Of a DNA stretch of 64,000 nucleotides, positions 10,647 through 20,637 are shown one piece after another. The notes under the pieces were generated by a model. The model was not told the origin of the DNA. It saw only the letters and a list, made by a program, of their open reading frames with translations, and made no database searches. The first letter of the stretch is position 1. Each line of letters begins with the position of its first letter. Location of the stretch: IMG/VR virus record IMGVR_UViG_3300027963_000035, positions 124,001 to 188,000 of that record; one strand, written 5' to 3'. The translations under genes were made by a program, and so were the position numbers.

Positions 10647-11233
10647 TTATTATATCTCTTTTATTCTTAACTCCTTTTTTAATATACATTATACTTTGTT
10701 TTTTTTCTGTATTGTTGCGTTATCCATTTTTTCTAAAGAATGTTAAAGGTAATATAAACCTATTTGTCGTTAAAGATAATATCCATTCAGATTTTGTCTT
10801 TGAATCTAAATATTGGAAAGGATTGTTTGATACCAATAGGAAATATGTAATCATCGGATGGGGAGATCGTAAAATATTTTTAGAAACAAGTTCTTGGGAT
10901 AAATTAAAACCAATTAACTTTATAAAAGCTTTTTTTGGACTTAACCCAAGTATCATTAGAATAGAGTATGTTGATGAATTACCAATAAATAAAAAAATTA
11001 AAAAGTATAAAATAAATAAAAGTCAATTATCAATATTGAGAAACTATGTTTTAGTTTCATTTAAGAGTTTTAAAAAAATTAAAAAACTTAAAACATATTA
11101 TCAAAAAGGAGATTTCTATTCTTCTTCATTAAGGTATAGTTGCATATACACCTGCAATAATTGGGTTAATATTGGTCTCAGAAAAATAGGATTGAGCAAT
11201 AAGGTTTGGTGCCCAATTAGCCTTTGGCTTTAA
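10643..11233 (+). CDS. DUF2459 / TIGR02117-like protein
   Basis: IHSDFV, IGWGDR.IFLET..W, Y....TCNNW motifs. Confidence 0.7.
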   Translation: MIIISLLFLTPFLIYIILCFFSVLLRYPFFLKNVKGNINLFVVKDNIHSDFVFESKYWKGLFDTNRKYVIIGWGDRKIFLETSSWDKLKPINFIKAFFGLNPSIIRIEYVDELPINKKIKKYKINKSQLSILRNYVLVSFKSFKKIKKLKTYYQKGDFYSSSLRYSCIYTCNNWVNIGLRKIGLSNKVWCPISLWL

Positions 11234-11250
11234 TTACTATAATATATTAT

Positions 11251-12435
11251 ATGGAAAAAAACATAGATTTACTTATTGAAAAATTAAAGATTAATTTCAC
11301 AGAAAATATAAACTTCGAGAAACCTGAATTTCGGGAATTATTTAATAAGCCAATAAATGAAATAGTAAGTTTAGACGAATACGAAGTTATAAAACTGCAT
11401 AAAAAATGGAAAGAGTCAAAAAAATGTTACACGCTAGATCAGACCAGATCAAATAAGTTTGACTATCCGTTCAGAAACAATGAAAGTTATTTATCTGTGA
11501 TTAAAAATGGAATATCTTGGAACGATCCATTTCATCCAGTTAATTATTTTAATGGTCAAGAAGGGTTATATGGTGTAACATCCGTAGTTTTAAATGAAAG
11601 AAAACAGATAGTAAAACAATTGTCATCTGGACAGATTAATTTGGCATCCGTGACCATACTGCCAGAACCAATTAAATTAAAGGGAAGAGTGGTCTCGCTT
11701 TGTTCTGAGTGGGGTCATAAAGTTTATTATCACTGGTTCTTTGATAGTATTTGTAGGCTACAACTTGTTAAGGATGCCGGAATAGATCTAAAAGATATTG
11801 ATTATTTTATTGTTCATAATTGTCTGTATGATTATTGCCAACAAACTTTTGAATTATTGAATATACCAAGGGATAAGATAATAATAGCAAACAACACCAA
11901 GATAATACAAGCAGATGAATTAATAGTCCCTTCGCACACACATGACTCAGGATGCAGTGTCGAACATTGGGCTTGCAAATTCATGAGAGAAAACTTCTTA
12001 AATAATAACGATGATGGTAATCATGGAGATAAAATATACATAAGTAGAGAAAATGCTTCTTGGAGAAAAGTTATTAATGAAAAAGAAGTATTAGAGTTTT
12101 TATCTAATTATGGATTTGTAAAAGTAAACTTAGAAAATTTTTTAATATCAGAACAAGCTAGGTGTTTTAACAAAGCTAAAGTTGTCGTGTCACCGCATGG
12201 GTCTGGTTTGACTAATTTAGTTTATTGTGATCCCGGGGCAAAAATATATGAGATATTTTCGAGCAACAACATTCATCATGTTCCTCACATGTATTGGAAA
12301 ATAAGTCAAATATCAGATTTAGAATATTACTATTCTATTCAACAAGATGGCTTGAGTGTACACGATTCTTTTAAAATCGATATGAATAAATTAAAAAAAA
12401 CATTAGAGCTTATTTTAAGTAATCAAATCGCATAG
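11251..12435 (+). CDS. glycosyltransferase family 61 (DUF563)
   Basis: YYHWFFD, KIYISR, R.VINE, SPHGSGLTN. Confidence 0.85.
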   Translation: MEKNIDLLIEKLKINFTENINFEKPEFRELFNKPINEIVSLDEYEVIKLHKKWKESKKCYTLDQTRSNKFDYPFRNNESYLSVIKNGISWNDPFHPVNYFNGQEGLYGVTSVVLNERKQIVKQLSSGQINLASVTILPEPIKLKGRVVSLCSEWGHKVYYHWFFDSICRLQLVKDAGIDLKDIDYFIVHNCLYDYCQQTFELLNIPRDKIIIANNTKIIQADELIVPSHTHDSGCSVEHWACKFMRENFLNNNDDGNHGDKIYISRENASWRKVINEKEVLEFLSNYGFVKVNLENFLISEQARCFNKAKVVVSPHGSGLTNLVYCDPGAKIYEIFSSNNIHHVPHMYWKISQISDLEYYYSIQQDGLSVHDSFKIDMNKLKKTLELILSNQIA

Positions 12436-15400
12436 AACTCGGTCACACTAAGACAGTTCCCAGTTGTGTCAACTATTCTTATATATCTTGCCTTAACATT
12501 GACATTATATGTTTGAATAGGTTGTTCAAAAGTCCCAGTATTGAATAAGAATGTATAATTAATACCATCTGTGGAGTATTCCACATTCTTATTCTCGGTG
12601 TATTCTTTACCCCAGTCGCCAATTAATCCGGGAACACTTGTGTCAAAGTGATCGCTATGATTAGGTCCGAACCAATCACATCCAATAACTACTCCCCTTA
12701 CACTATAGACTCCATTGAGATCTATTTGGATATACTCGAAGCCACCACAAACCGTGCCTGTTGCAAGACTCTCGGCGGCCGAACCATTTATCATGGTTTC
12801 CTTTGTTGCAACAACCATCAAAGGATTATACAAACTACTTTGTGTATAGTTGATAGATTGGCTAACTGGTTTTGGATTATTAAAGAAATTGGAACTAACA
12901 CTAAGAGAGCTTCCATCATCAGCAGAAACTACCTTTTTGTTTCCGCAATTATCAGTGAGTTCCAAGTAAGAGGTTCTCTGTATAGATCTACGTTTCCCAT
13001 TAACCGGATCGATTATTATGGCAGTGTCCATATTGCCTTCTCCATCGTAATTATAATTAGATAATAATTCTGGATGGTCCGGACTCAAATCTAGTTCATA
13101 TGTGGTCGTTATTGGATCGCAAACAGAGGTTAAGCCTATAACATCCAAAAATTTAGTTGCAACGTCTTTTGCCTCTGAGGGTGTCATTGCTACTGCATCT
13201 GCTTTACTCAAACAAAGAAAGAAGAGCTTTGTCTTGCCCTCAAGCCCGGTGATACAATGCTCGTCACCCCTAGAAGTTGGATCGTAAAACTGATCGATTC
13301 CATCTCCATTGCCATCAACGATTATGATGTGGTTTATGGAGGGATCATCTTCGCCATAATTAGTCTTAAAATACGCAGTGTAAGTCAATCCACCAACATT
13401 GATCGGATAGATGTCAACTGCATCAACACCATCACCGTCTGTCCCTATGTTTCCAACTATTGAGAACTGTGTGATATTGATGTTGTTTGCCACAAGGACG
13501 AACATTCCGGGAAACATGGCTGTGAAATAGCTGCTTCCGTCTCCGAAATATCCATCTCCAACCATAACATGGCTATCACAGACAGGAAGATATCGATATT
13601 GATCTAATGCTGGATCATAGAAGTCTTCTTCTGGGTCTTCATCCCATGCTTGAGTATGAGTGGAGGGGACACTCTTGCTAAATCTAGGTCCACAACAGTC
13701 CTCGCCACAGATGTGCGAAGGCGGACAAATACATCCTCCTAAGCCACCACTGATCTCGATATCCTCAGGATTATCGTTGGCATAGCACTTTATATCAAGA
13801 TAAGGTTGGGTGAGATTTGTATTTAAAAAATTTGCTCCGTCATACATATCGTTCGTGCCGTCATTTATACCCATTTGTTTGAATGCAAGTGGGACGCTCC
13901 ATTCCTGCAAAGCCCCGTTTGTATCCAACTTAGCATACTGGAATCTTGCAGCATGGTTGTAATCGGTGAAATTTCCTGCGACATATATGCTGCCCACTTG
14001 GCCTAATTTAATGTCATTTGTTTGTGGTGGCCAATTACGAACGGCAGGAGTGAATCCAAAACCGTTGCTGAAGCTTTCGTCCAAAGAACCATCAGTGTTC
14101 AATCGGACTATTTTGTTTAGACTGCCTCCCTCTAAAATGTCAAAGGCCCCGCCTACAAGCAACTTTCCATTTTCTTGTTGGGCAATGGCAACTACAAATC
14201 CAAAGCCCTCAGACTCGTAAAGGTCTGGGGCGTATGTGTTGTCCAAAGATCCGTCACTGTTCAATCTTACCAACCCACGGTTACAACTAGACCCGTCATA
14301 ATCTGTGCCAGAATGTCCAACCAATATCTTTCCGCTTGATAATGGAAGTATTGCAAAAACCCCATTCACCATCTGGCCGGTGAAGCCGTCCCCGGAATCA
14401 AACGAACTGTCCAGTGATCCATCGCCATTAAGCCTGATGATGCTTTTATCAAATCCGCCCCCAATTAGTATTTTCCCACTATCACCAACAGCAATTGCAG
14501 ACACAGAATCACTCAAACTTATGCCCAAGCCTAAAATATTGGCAGCAAAAACTCCATCTATAACTCCATCGCTATCTATTTTTGCCAAATAAGGGGATTC
14601 CACATCGTCATAATGAGTAAAATGCCCCCCGACCAGAACGCTGTCATCGTCCAGTAACTTTATGGTGTAAATAGATACAGGAATGCCACTTATAGCCCTG
14701 TCTTCAAAGCCAATATCTCCGCCATATCTCTTGCTTATTGATCCGTCCGGATTTAAGCAAACCATTCCCCCAATCATGACTGTATTGTCTAATATGATGT
14801 CGGGATCCCAGCTTGGTTGTGATATTGATGTGCCGTTGGATAGTCCATCAAATCTTTCAAAACTAGTAAAAAAACCGCCCACAACCAACCTTCCGTCACT
14901 CATCTGAACAACGCTACTTAATGGGCCATTGAAAACTGGCGGTGTGAACGATTCATCTTCTTTGCCGGAAACATCTATTCTTCTGATATTTTTTGAATAA
15001 TCATTAGTTCCAGAATATCCAGCGACTACAATTTTGCCATCGTCTTGGATGCATATTTCACTACCAAATCCCAATTCACTAAAATTGTAGTCTATTCCAT
15101 CTCCTGTTGGCGAGCCTTCTCCCATGTTAATGTCCACGTCGGCATCGTCTGAGAAACGGTATAGGTCTTCCACAAGATCTGTGACTTGGGCGTATTCTGT
15201 CTTGAGATTATTGAGTTGATTGTTCAACTCTGTGTCGTCCGATATCCCATTTGTTTCATAGACATTTATCGTGAGGTTCTTGAAATACGCAGGGGAATTG
15301 CCAGGGTCTCCTGGCTCTTCGCTGCCGTCACTATCGGCATCAAATCCAATTCGGTATGGGCCTCCATCCATCAATTTTTCATGCAACACTATGGTGTCAA

Positions 15401-15917
15401 CCACGGTTCCGGAGGTGTCTTCGCCTTCGTAAGTGACGGCAGTGACGGTTCTGGCGGCCGGGTTGTAGGTGACCTTGAATGTGTAGATGCCACTTTCTAG
15501 AACATCGGAGCCGTTTCCGCTGTCCGGATTCCAACCCCCATAATACTCGCCAGAATTGTTTACAAACTTGTTTGTGCCGTAAATATGTGGAACTGGACAA
15601 TTTATTTGAAACGCTATTCTTGAAGGATCTGGATCCCAATGCCAGTTGGGAGATTGCCCATCATTGTAAAAACATATGCCTTGATCTGAGCAAAAATTAG
15701 TGTGATCAGCGGTAAATATCACCTCGCAAGCCTGATGCCCAGATATGTTGAAATTGGTTCTTACGCTATAAGCTGGGATCTCATCCCCAGCATTTCCAGT
15801 AAAAAACATGCCATCGGAATTGAAACCAAAATTGAGACCTATGGTTTTCCCGGTTTGATTACCATATTCTGCGAGCCAAGATGGAATTGAGGTAAGATTG
15901 CTGGTGTATGTTTGCAT
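12423..15917 (-). CDS. large delta-60 repeat beta-propeller protein with C-terminal discoidin-like domain; paralog of 3723..6947
   Basis: QxDGK(I/L)(L/V)VGG / RLNxDGSLD repeats; shared GIxDGxNDxYD and PSTHTQA..YFTxMxPGxFVLVA block; YIQIDL..EYSTDG..ARYIRI. Confidence 0.8.
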   Translation of the reverse strand: MQTYTSNLTSIPSWLAEYGNQTGKTIGLNFGFNSDGMFFTGNAGDEIPAYSVRTNFNISGHQACEVIFTADHTNFCSDQGICFYNDGQSPNWHWDPDPSRIAFQINCPVPHIYGTNKFVNNSGEYYGGWNPDSGNGSDVLESGIYTFKVTYNPAARTVTAVTYEGEDTSGTVVDTIVLHEKLMDGGPYRIGFDADSDGSEEPGDPGNSPAYFKNLTINVYETNGISDDTELNNQLNNLKTEYAQVTDLVEDLYRFSDDADVDINMGEGSPTGDGIDYNFSELGFGSEICIQDDGKIVVAGYSGTNDYSKNIRRIDVSGKEDESFTPPVFNGPLSSVVQMSDGRLVVGGFFTSFERFDGLSNGTSISQPSWDPDIILDNTVMIGGMVCLNPDGSISKRYGGDIGFEDRAISGIPVSIYTIKLLDDDSVLVGGHFTHYDDVESPYLAKIDSDGVIDGVFAANILGLGISLSDSVSAIAVGDSGKILIGGGFDKSIIRLNGDGSLDSSFDSGDGFTGQMVNGVFAILPLSSGKILVGHSGTDYDGSSCNRGLVRLNSDGSLDNTYAPDLYESEGFGFVVAIAQQENGKLLVGGAFDILEGGSLNKIVRLNTDGSLDESFSNGFGFTPAVRNWPPQTNDIKLGQVGSIYVAGNFTDYNHAARFQYAKLDTNGALQEWSVPLAFKQMGINDGTNDMYDGANFLNTNLTQPYLDIKCYANDNPEDIEISGGLGGCICPPSHICGEDCCGPRFSKSVPSTHTQAWDEDPEEDFYDPALDQYRYLPVCDSHVMVGDGYFGDGSSYFTAMFPGMFVLVANNINITQFSIVGNIGTDGDGVDAVDIYPINVGGLTYTAYFKTNYGEDDPSINHIIIVDGNGDGIDQFYDPTSRGDEHCITGLEGKTKLFFLCLSKADAVAMTPSEAKDVATKFLDVIGLTSVCDPITTTYELDLSPDHPELLSNYNYDGEGNMDTAIIIDPVNGKRRSIQRTSYLELTDNCGNKKVVSADDGSSLSVSSNFFNNPKPVSQSINYTQSSLYNPLMVVATKETMINGSAAESLATGTVCGGFEYIQIDLNGVYSVRGVVIGCDWFGPNHSDHFDTSVPGLIGDWGKEYTENKNVEYSTDGINYTFLFNTGTFEQPIQTYNVNVKARYIRIVDTTGNCLSVTEFYAI

Positions 15918-15987
15918 TAATTTCTCCTAAATTATTTTAGTATAAAAATATATACTACACTAGGTCTCTTTTTACTAATATAATATT

Positions 15988-16413
15988 ATGCCCTGGTATA
16001 TCACAGCATTACTTACCGCCGTTTGTTGGGCTCTATCCTACAGTTCCACCGAAGTGGTGCTTAAAAGCATAGACCGAAAAATGTATTTAGCTTTAAGCGG
16101 CACCGCTAATTGTATTTTTTGGATGATCTGGTTATTGACCAGTAAAACTAAAATAGATTGCGACTTTACTCCCAGGTCGATATCTTGGATGATATTGGCC
16201 TTTGTCAGTGCTATAGCAGGTAACTATCTTTGCATAAACGCAATACAAAGTAAAAGCGCTACACACGCAAGTATAATTGAAATCTCTTATCCTTTATTTT
16301 GTATTTTATTTGCGTTTTTAGCAACAGGACAATTTCAATTATCTTTAATTTCAACTATTGGAACTTTACTAGTTGTAATTGGTATGGTAGTTTTTATATT
16401 AGGCTCAAACTGA
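15988..16413 (+). CDS. EamA/DMT-family small membrane transporter
   Basis: About 5 hydrophobic helices; W.I.ALL.AV.W start; IEISYPLF motif. Confidence 0.75.
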   Translation: MPWYITALLTAVCWALSYSSTEVVLKSIDRKMYLALSGTANCIFWMIWLLTSKTKIDCDFTPRSISWMILAFVSAIAGNYLCINAIQSKSATHASIIEISYPLFCILFAFLATGQFQLSLISTIGTLLVVIGMVVFILGSN

Positions 16414-16645
16414 AAGGTTAACTATGAATAAAGTAAAATCATATCCCTTGACAAACGGACCCAGAGTCAAAGAACCAGAAAAGAGAAAATTATAATGATT
16501 GTTTTAGTTATAATTCTATCATTATTTGTTTTGGGCGTTCTATCTTTGATTCTTGATTCTGTTTTCACGCCCAAGGAAACAAAGATTATTCGAAGAGATA
16601 TTCCAAAAAATAATTATTACAATAAATATGAGACAAATATTATTT

Positions 16646-17065
16646 TTACCGATGATGACCTTTAATAAGTTTATCTTTGATATTTCCTATTGTTATGTGA
16701 TAACAATTTCTTTTTACTCCGCCAAAGTAAGTATCATCACGATATTCGTTTAAACCAAGTTCTTTTCTTATGCTTCCTATCTCACTACAAACTGAGTCCA
16801 GCCAAAAATAAGTATTATCACTTTGAATAATTGGACTATAATTAAAAGTTAGAATCTCTCCAGAGTATTTCCCCCAAGATTCATAAGATTCTACTTTTTC
16901 TTTTCCTTTTCGCACTATTGTGATGTGCGCTTTTTTCATCTGAGGCTTAACATAAAAGCTTTTAGGTATCAGGCTTCTATAATAGTCGCTAATTCCCTGG
17001 TCTATATTTAGTACGCAATAATCCTCAAAGTATTCAACAATACCTGTAGAGGAGAAAGGGTACAC
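16646..17065 (-). CDS. 2H phosphoesterase superfamily protein
   Basis: Two HxT motifs (AHITIV, YHITIG) about 75 aa apart. Confidence 0.7.
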   Translation of the reverse strand: MYPFSSTGIVEYFEDYCVLNIDQGISDYYRSLIPKSFYVKPQMKKAHITIVRKGKEKVESYESWGKYSGEILTFNYSPIIQSDNTYFWLDSVCSEIGSIRKELGLNEYRDDTYFGGVKRNCYHITIGNIKDKLIKGHHR

Positions 17066-17432
17066 GATAGTTGGCCACTAGTTATCTTTGTCTTTTCCCA
17101 ACAAAACCATCATCATACCACAGGTGAGGCAAAAGCAACCCACACTGAAGACTGTTGTAAAAGAAACTATCAGTACTGTTGCGCAAATTTGTATTATGTC
17201 CATAGCGAATCTCCTTCGCTATTAGATATTAATTATTTTATAATTTTTCTCTTAAATTCCATTGAATGTTATTTGCCCATATTGCAATAAAAACACTTGC
17301 TGCCATCCAAAATCCATCTAATAAGTATAAATTATAATATGCCCATAGTGCCATACCAAAACTAAAAACATACAAATATAGATTTAGATTTTTTTTATTG
17401 TTTTTCATAGTTAAATATTATATAATAAAAAC

Positions 17433-17642
17433 ATGAGTAAATCAAATACCATACACAGATTCTTTCTTGTATTGGCAAGAACAATAGATCATAGAGTGGG
17501 AAAAACAGATTCAGATACCCCAGATATTCCCATACTCACAATGCAAGAAGCACTAATCAGCTTCTTTATTAAGTTCTTTATAGTCCTTGTGAATTTTATA
17601 ACCTGTGCTTTTGTTATAGCAAACGTTATTCATCACTGGTGA
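17433..17642 (+). CDS. small membrane protein
   Basis: 69 aa, C-terminal hydrophobic helix. Confidence 0.55.
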   Translation: MSKSNTIHRFFLVLARTIDHRVGKTDSDTPDIPILTMQEALISFFIKFFIVLVNFITCAFVIANVIHHW

Positions 17643-17643
17643 A

Positions 17644-18009
17644 CTATCTAACGCCAATGTGGGCAAGTAATTTATCTAGTGTATGAGGTTGCATAACAAC
17701 GACCTCATTCTCACTACTTTGAGTGACTAAATGATTAAAGACTGATATGAATTCATTGTAGTAATTCATAGCCACGCTTTTGTTTGGACTCAGATAAGCT
17801 TTAGCCTCACCATGCTGATTTTTGATTAATAACCCAAAATCAGAACTTCTCTCTCCGTAGCTCGGACTATGTTCAAAATCAATTGGAACTAGACTAACAA
17901 CTGTCGAAGCAATTTGCTGAGTTGCTATGGGATGATTTTTAAAACTAAACCCATCAGCACTTTGATTTTCTTCTAACTTACCGGAGAGCCATTCATTAAA
18001 TGTTTTCAT
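17644..18009 (-). CDS. hypothetical protein with capsid-targeting-like N-terminus
   Basis: MKTFNEWLSGKLEE. Confidence 0.7.
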   Translation of the reverse strand: MKTFNEWLSGKLEENQSADGFSFKNHPIATQQIASTVVSLVPIDFEHSPSYGERSSDFGLLIKNQHGEAKAYLSPNKSVAMNYYNEFISVFNHLVTQSSENEVVVMQPHTLDKLLAHIGVR

Positions 18010-18025
18010 AGTAATTTATATATTA

Positions 18026-18232
18026 CTAGCTTTGTATATTTTCACTAATTTTTACCTCGGCTCCATCGAAAACAAAATTATAATCCCCCTCTTTCTCCGA
18101 GAACTCCCGGGCGACTTTAAACTTTATATTAAATATTCCGCTAAGACCTTGAGAGTGATATAAACCTTTAATAATTAAGTTTTCAACATCTTCTGCTGAT
18201 AAAACTATTTCTTTACTTGTTTTGATTTCCAT
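18026..18232 (-). CDS. hypothetical protein
   Basis: 68 aa ORF with GAGG upstream. Confidence 0.55.
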   Translation of the reverse strand: MEIKTSKEIVLSAEDVENLIIKGLYHSQGLSGIFNIKFKVAREFSEKEGDYNFVFDGAEVKISENIQS

Positions 18233-18358
18233 AAAATACCTCAGGTTAAGAAACCATAATAATAAAAAATAGAGAAAAAGTCAAGAAAAACAAAAACCGA
18301 AAACTTTTGTCTTTCGAATGGAAATTAAAATCTAACTATTTGATTCATATATAAAAAC

Positions 18359-18652
18359 ATGAAAACATTTAATGAATGGCTAGAAATTAAAGAAAATAAT
18401 AATGATGGTTGGGCCGAAGATGAAGCATACGGGGAAGCCATGTATGTATTGGAGCAAATTGAATGGTGCAAAGAAAATGACCCACAAGGATTAGAAGATC
18501 TAAAAAAAGATGTGAAGCAATTAGTTCCAAAGTGGAGAAAAATATTTAATAGTCATACCAATGGTGAACACGACGCAGAAGAAGACTTGAAGCTCTTTGT
18601 TAATAAATACAACAGCATGGTCAAAGACCCAGAATATCAAATAGAAATATAA
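18359..18652 (+). CDS. hypothetical protein with capsid-targeting-like N-terminus
   Basis: MKTFNEWLEIKE; CATATATA upstream. Confidence 0.7.
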   Translation: MKTFNEWLEIKENNNDGWAEDEAYGEAMYVLEQIEWCKENDPQGLEDLKKDVKQLVPKWRKIFNSHTNGEHDAEEDLKLFVNKYNSMVKDPEYQIEI

Positions 18653-18655
18653 AAC

Positions 18656-19222
18656 ATGAAAACATTTAAAGATTACTTAATCGATAATCACCCAGAGATA
18701 ATGGATGAAGGAATCTTAGACTCATTAGGAAAGAATAAACTATTAAGAAATGCATTGGTGGCAGGAAGTATTGCCGGAATGGGTTTGGGAATATCAAATA
18801 AAGCAAGTGCAGCTCCTCCCGTTAAAAAACCCGTAGCTTCCAAACTTACAGATGAAGAACAAGATATTGAAGATGAAAAAGCAGAAATGTTGGATATGGC
18901 TAAAAAAGTTCCCATGAAAACAAGTACGCAAAAAGTAAATGGAAAAGATGTGGTTGTTTCAAGGGGAAAAGCTCAAATAATAGGGGGCAAGGTAGTTGCC
19001 AATCCTTCTCAAATAAATAAAAGTGTCCAAAAAGCAACTAAAGCTCCCACTAATAAGTTTGATCCAACAAAAAGACAACTACCACAATTGCCATCAGGAG
19101 TAAAATCAAGTCCAGACTTTGGAAGAGCAGTGGAATCATTTAATAGTTGGTTAATCAACAATCACCCAGAGATCATGGAAGAAAGAATACGCCGAAAAGG
19201 TCTTTCTTTCGAACGGAAATAA
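18656..19222 (+). CDS. hypothetical protein with capsid-targeting-like N-terminus and hydrophobic segment
   Basis: MKTFKDYLIDNHPEIMDE, motif repeated near the C-terminus (SFNSWLINNHPEIMEE). Confidence 0.7.
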   Translation: MKTFKDYLIDNHPEIMDEGILDSLGKNKLLRNALVAGSIAGMGLGISNKASAAPPVKKPVASKLTDEEQDIEDEKAEMLDMAKKVPMKTSTQKVNGKDVVVSRGKAQIIGGKVVANPSQINKSVQKATKAPTNKFDPTKRQLPQLPSGVKSSPDFGRAVESFNSWLINNHPEIMEERIRRKGLSFERK

Positions 19223-19621
19223 AGAATCAACTATTTGAAAATTTTTGATTATCAAGACTCTTTAATATACCAAATACCTCCATTAACTCTTCGGTATTAA
19301 ATTCTTTTTCAAAAGGAAGAAACACCCACTCAGATTCATTCTTTCTAAATAAAAAGTATCCATAAAGGCTTTTGTAATGAAAGTCACTGATTTTTTCTAG
19401 GTTAAGCATAAATTGCCCTCATCGCCCTCCATGGCGAAAACGTTATTCTCTCGAACGGAAATTAAAAATGAAGATTTTAATTTCTCAATACAGATTACTC
19501 AACTAGCATCAGCCTCCGAGAACATATTATAGCAAAGATTAAAGATAAAAAAAGAGTGGGATTTTTAAATGGTAGAACAATATATAATCGTATAAGTTAT
19601 TCTACCATTTAGGATTCATTA

Positions 19622-20305
19622 ATGCAAAAGAAAAGAAAAAAAAGAAGTATTGTATGGTCTATCCCGTCAGAAGAATTTCAAGATTTAGTTAAAAATTCTT
19701 CAACTATAGGTCAAATTTTAAAGTATTTTGGATTAACAAACAAGGGAGGCAACAGCGATACAGTTAAACGTAGAATAAAATATGAAAATATTGATATGTC
19801 TCACATTACATTAGGCAAAGGATCTAATAAAGGAAAAAGATTTAATTATAAAAAATCTGATGATGAGTTCTTTTGTGAAAACTCCACAACTCAAAGAAAT
19901 CATATTAAAAAAAGAATCATCAGAAATAATTTAATCAAACATGAATGCTCTGAGTGCGGATTAGTCGATACATGGAATAATAAGAAAATTATTCTGCAAC
20001 TTGAACATAAAAACGGAATAAATAATGACAATCGTCTAGAAAATCTTACATTTTTATGTCCTAATTGTCATAGCCAAACAGATACTTTTTCTGGAAGAAA
20101 GAAGAACAAACCTGTAAAAATTAAAAAAGGTAGAGGTGGGCCTAAGTTGTGGTTGAGAAAAGTAGAAAGACCAACAAAAGAAAAATTAGATGAATTAATT
20201 AAAAAATATCCCATAACTCAGGTCGGAAAGATGCATGGTGTAAGCGACACAGCTGTTCACAAGTGGATTAAATATTATAATTCCGGGGCTACGACTCGAA
20301 CGTAG
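19622..20305 (+). CDS. HNH homing endonuclease with C-terminal HTH
   Basis: CSECG..LQLEHKNG.NNDNRLENL.FLCPNCH; C-terminal VGKMHGVSDTAVHKW. Confidence 0.9.
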   Translation: MQKKRKKRSIVWSIPSEEFQDLVKNSSTIGQILKYFGLTNKGGNSDTVKRRIKYENIDMSHITLGKGSNKGKRFNYKKSDDEFFCENSTTQRNHIKKRIIRNNLIKHECSECGLVDTWNNKKIILQLEHKNGINNDNRLENLTFLCPNCHSQTDTFSGRKKNKPVKIKKGRGGPKLWLRKVERPTKEKLDELIKKYPITQVGKMHGVSDTAVHKWIKYYNSGATTRT

Positions 20306-20554
20306 AAAAGCAGATCCACTTACCACTATAGTTTTCACTACCATTACTGTTTGTAGTCTGGACTTTATCTTCACCATAGCTTGGCTTTAGGTGTCGCCTG
20401 TTAAGTCTCTACACCTTCCTAAAAATAAATTCTAGGCTTGGCTCGGTATTAGCATTTTAAAGCTTTCACCGAATTTAAGCGATTCTACATTAAAGATTTC
20501 TCTTTAAGCACTCCAGTTTGAAGTCTGCTGTTATACCAATTTAACTACCTCGGA
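20281..20554 (-). tRNA. trnQ: tRNA-Gln(UUG) interrupted by a group I intron; CCA not encoded
   Basis: 5' exon 20554-20521 TCCGAGG..GCAGACTT plus 3' exon 20318-20281 TGGATCTGC..GTTCGAGTC..CCCCGGAA reconstitutes GCAGA CT TTG GA TCTGC. Confidence 0.9.
20319..20520 (-). ncRNA. group I self-splicing intron (IC3-like, 202 nt, no ORF)
   Basis: P1 with U.G at the 5' splice site; P AAATTCGGTGAAA, Q AATACCGAGCCAAG, R GGTGTAGAGACT, S AAGATAAAGTCC; terminal G. Confidence 0.9.
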
Positions 20555-20566
20555 CCATTAAATCTA

Positions 20567-20637
20567 AGCCCACATCTGGAATCGCACCAGAATTTGATGA
20601 TTACAAGTCAACTGTAATGCTTTTATACTATGCGGGC
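20567..20637 (-). tRNA. trnT: tRNA-Thr(UGU)
   Basis: GCCCGCA/TGTGGGC acceptor stem, CT TGT AA loop, T arm TCTGG TGCGATT CCAGA; no CCA. Confidence 0.8.
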
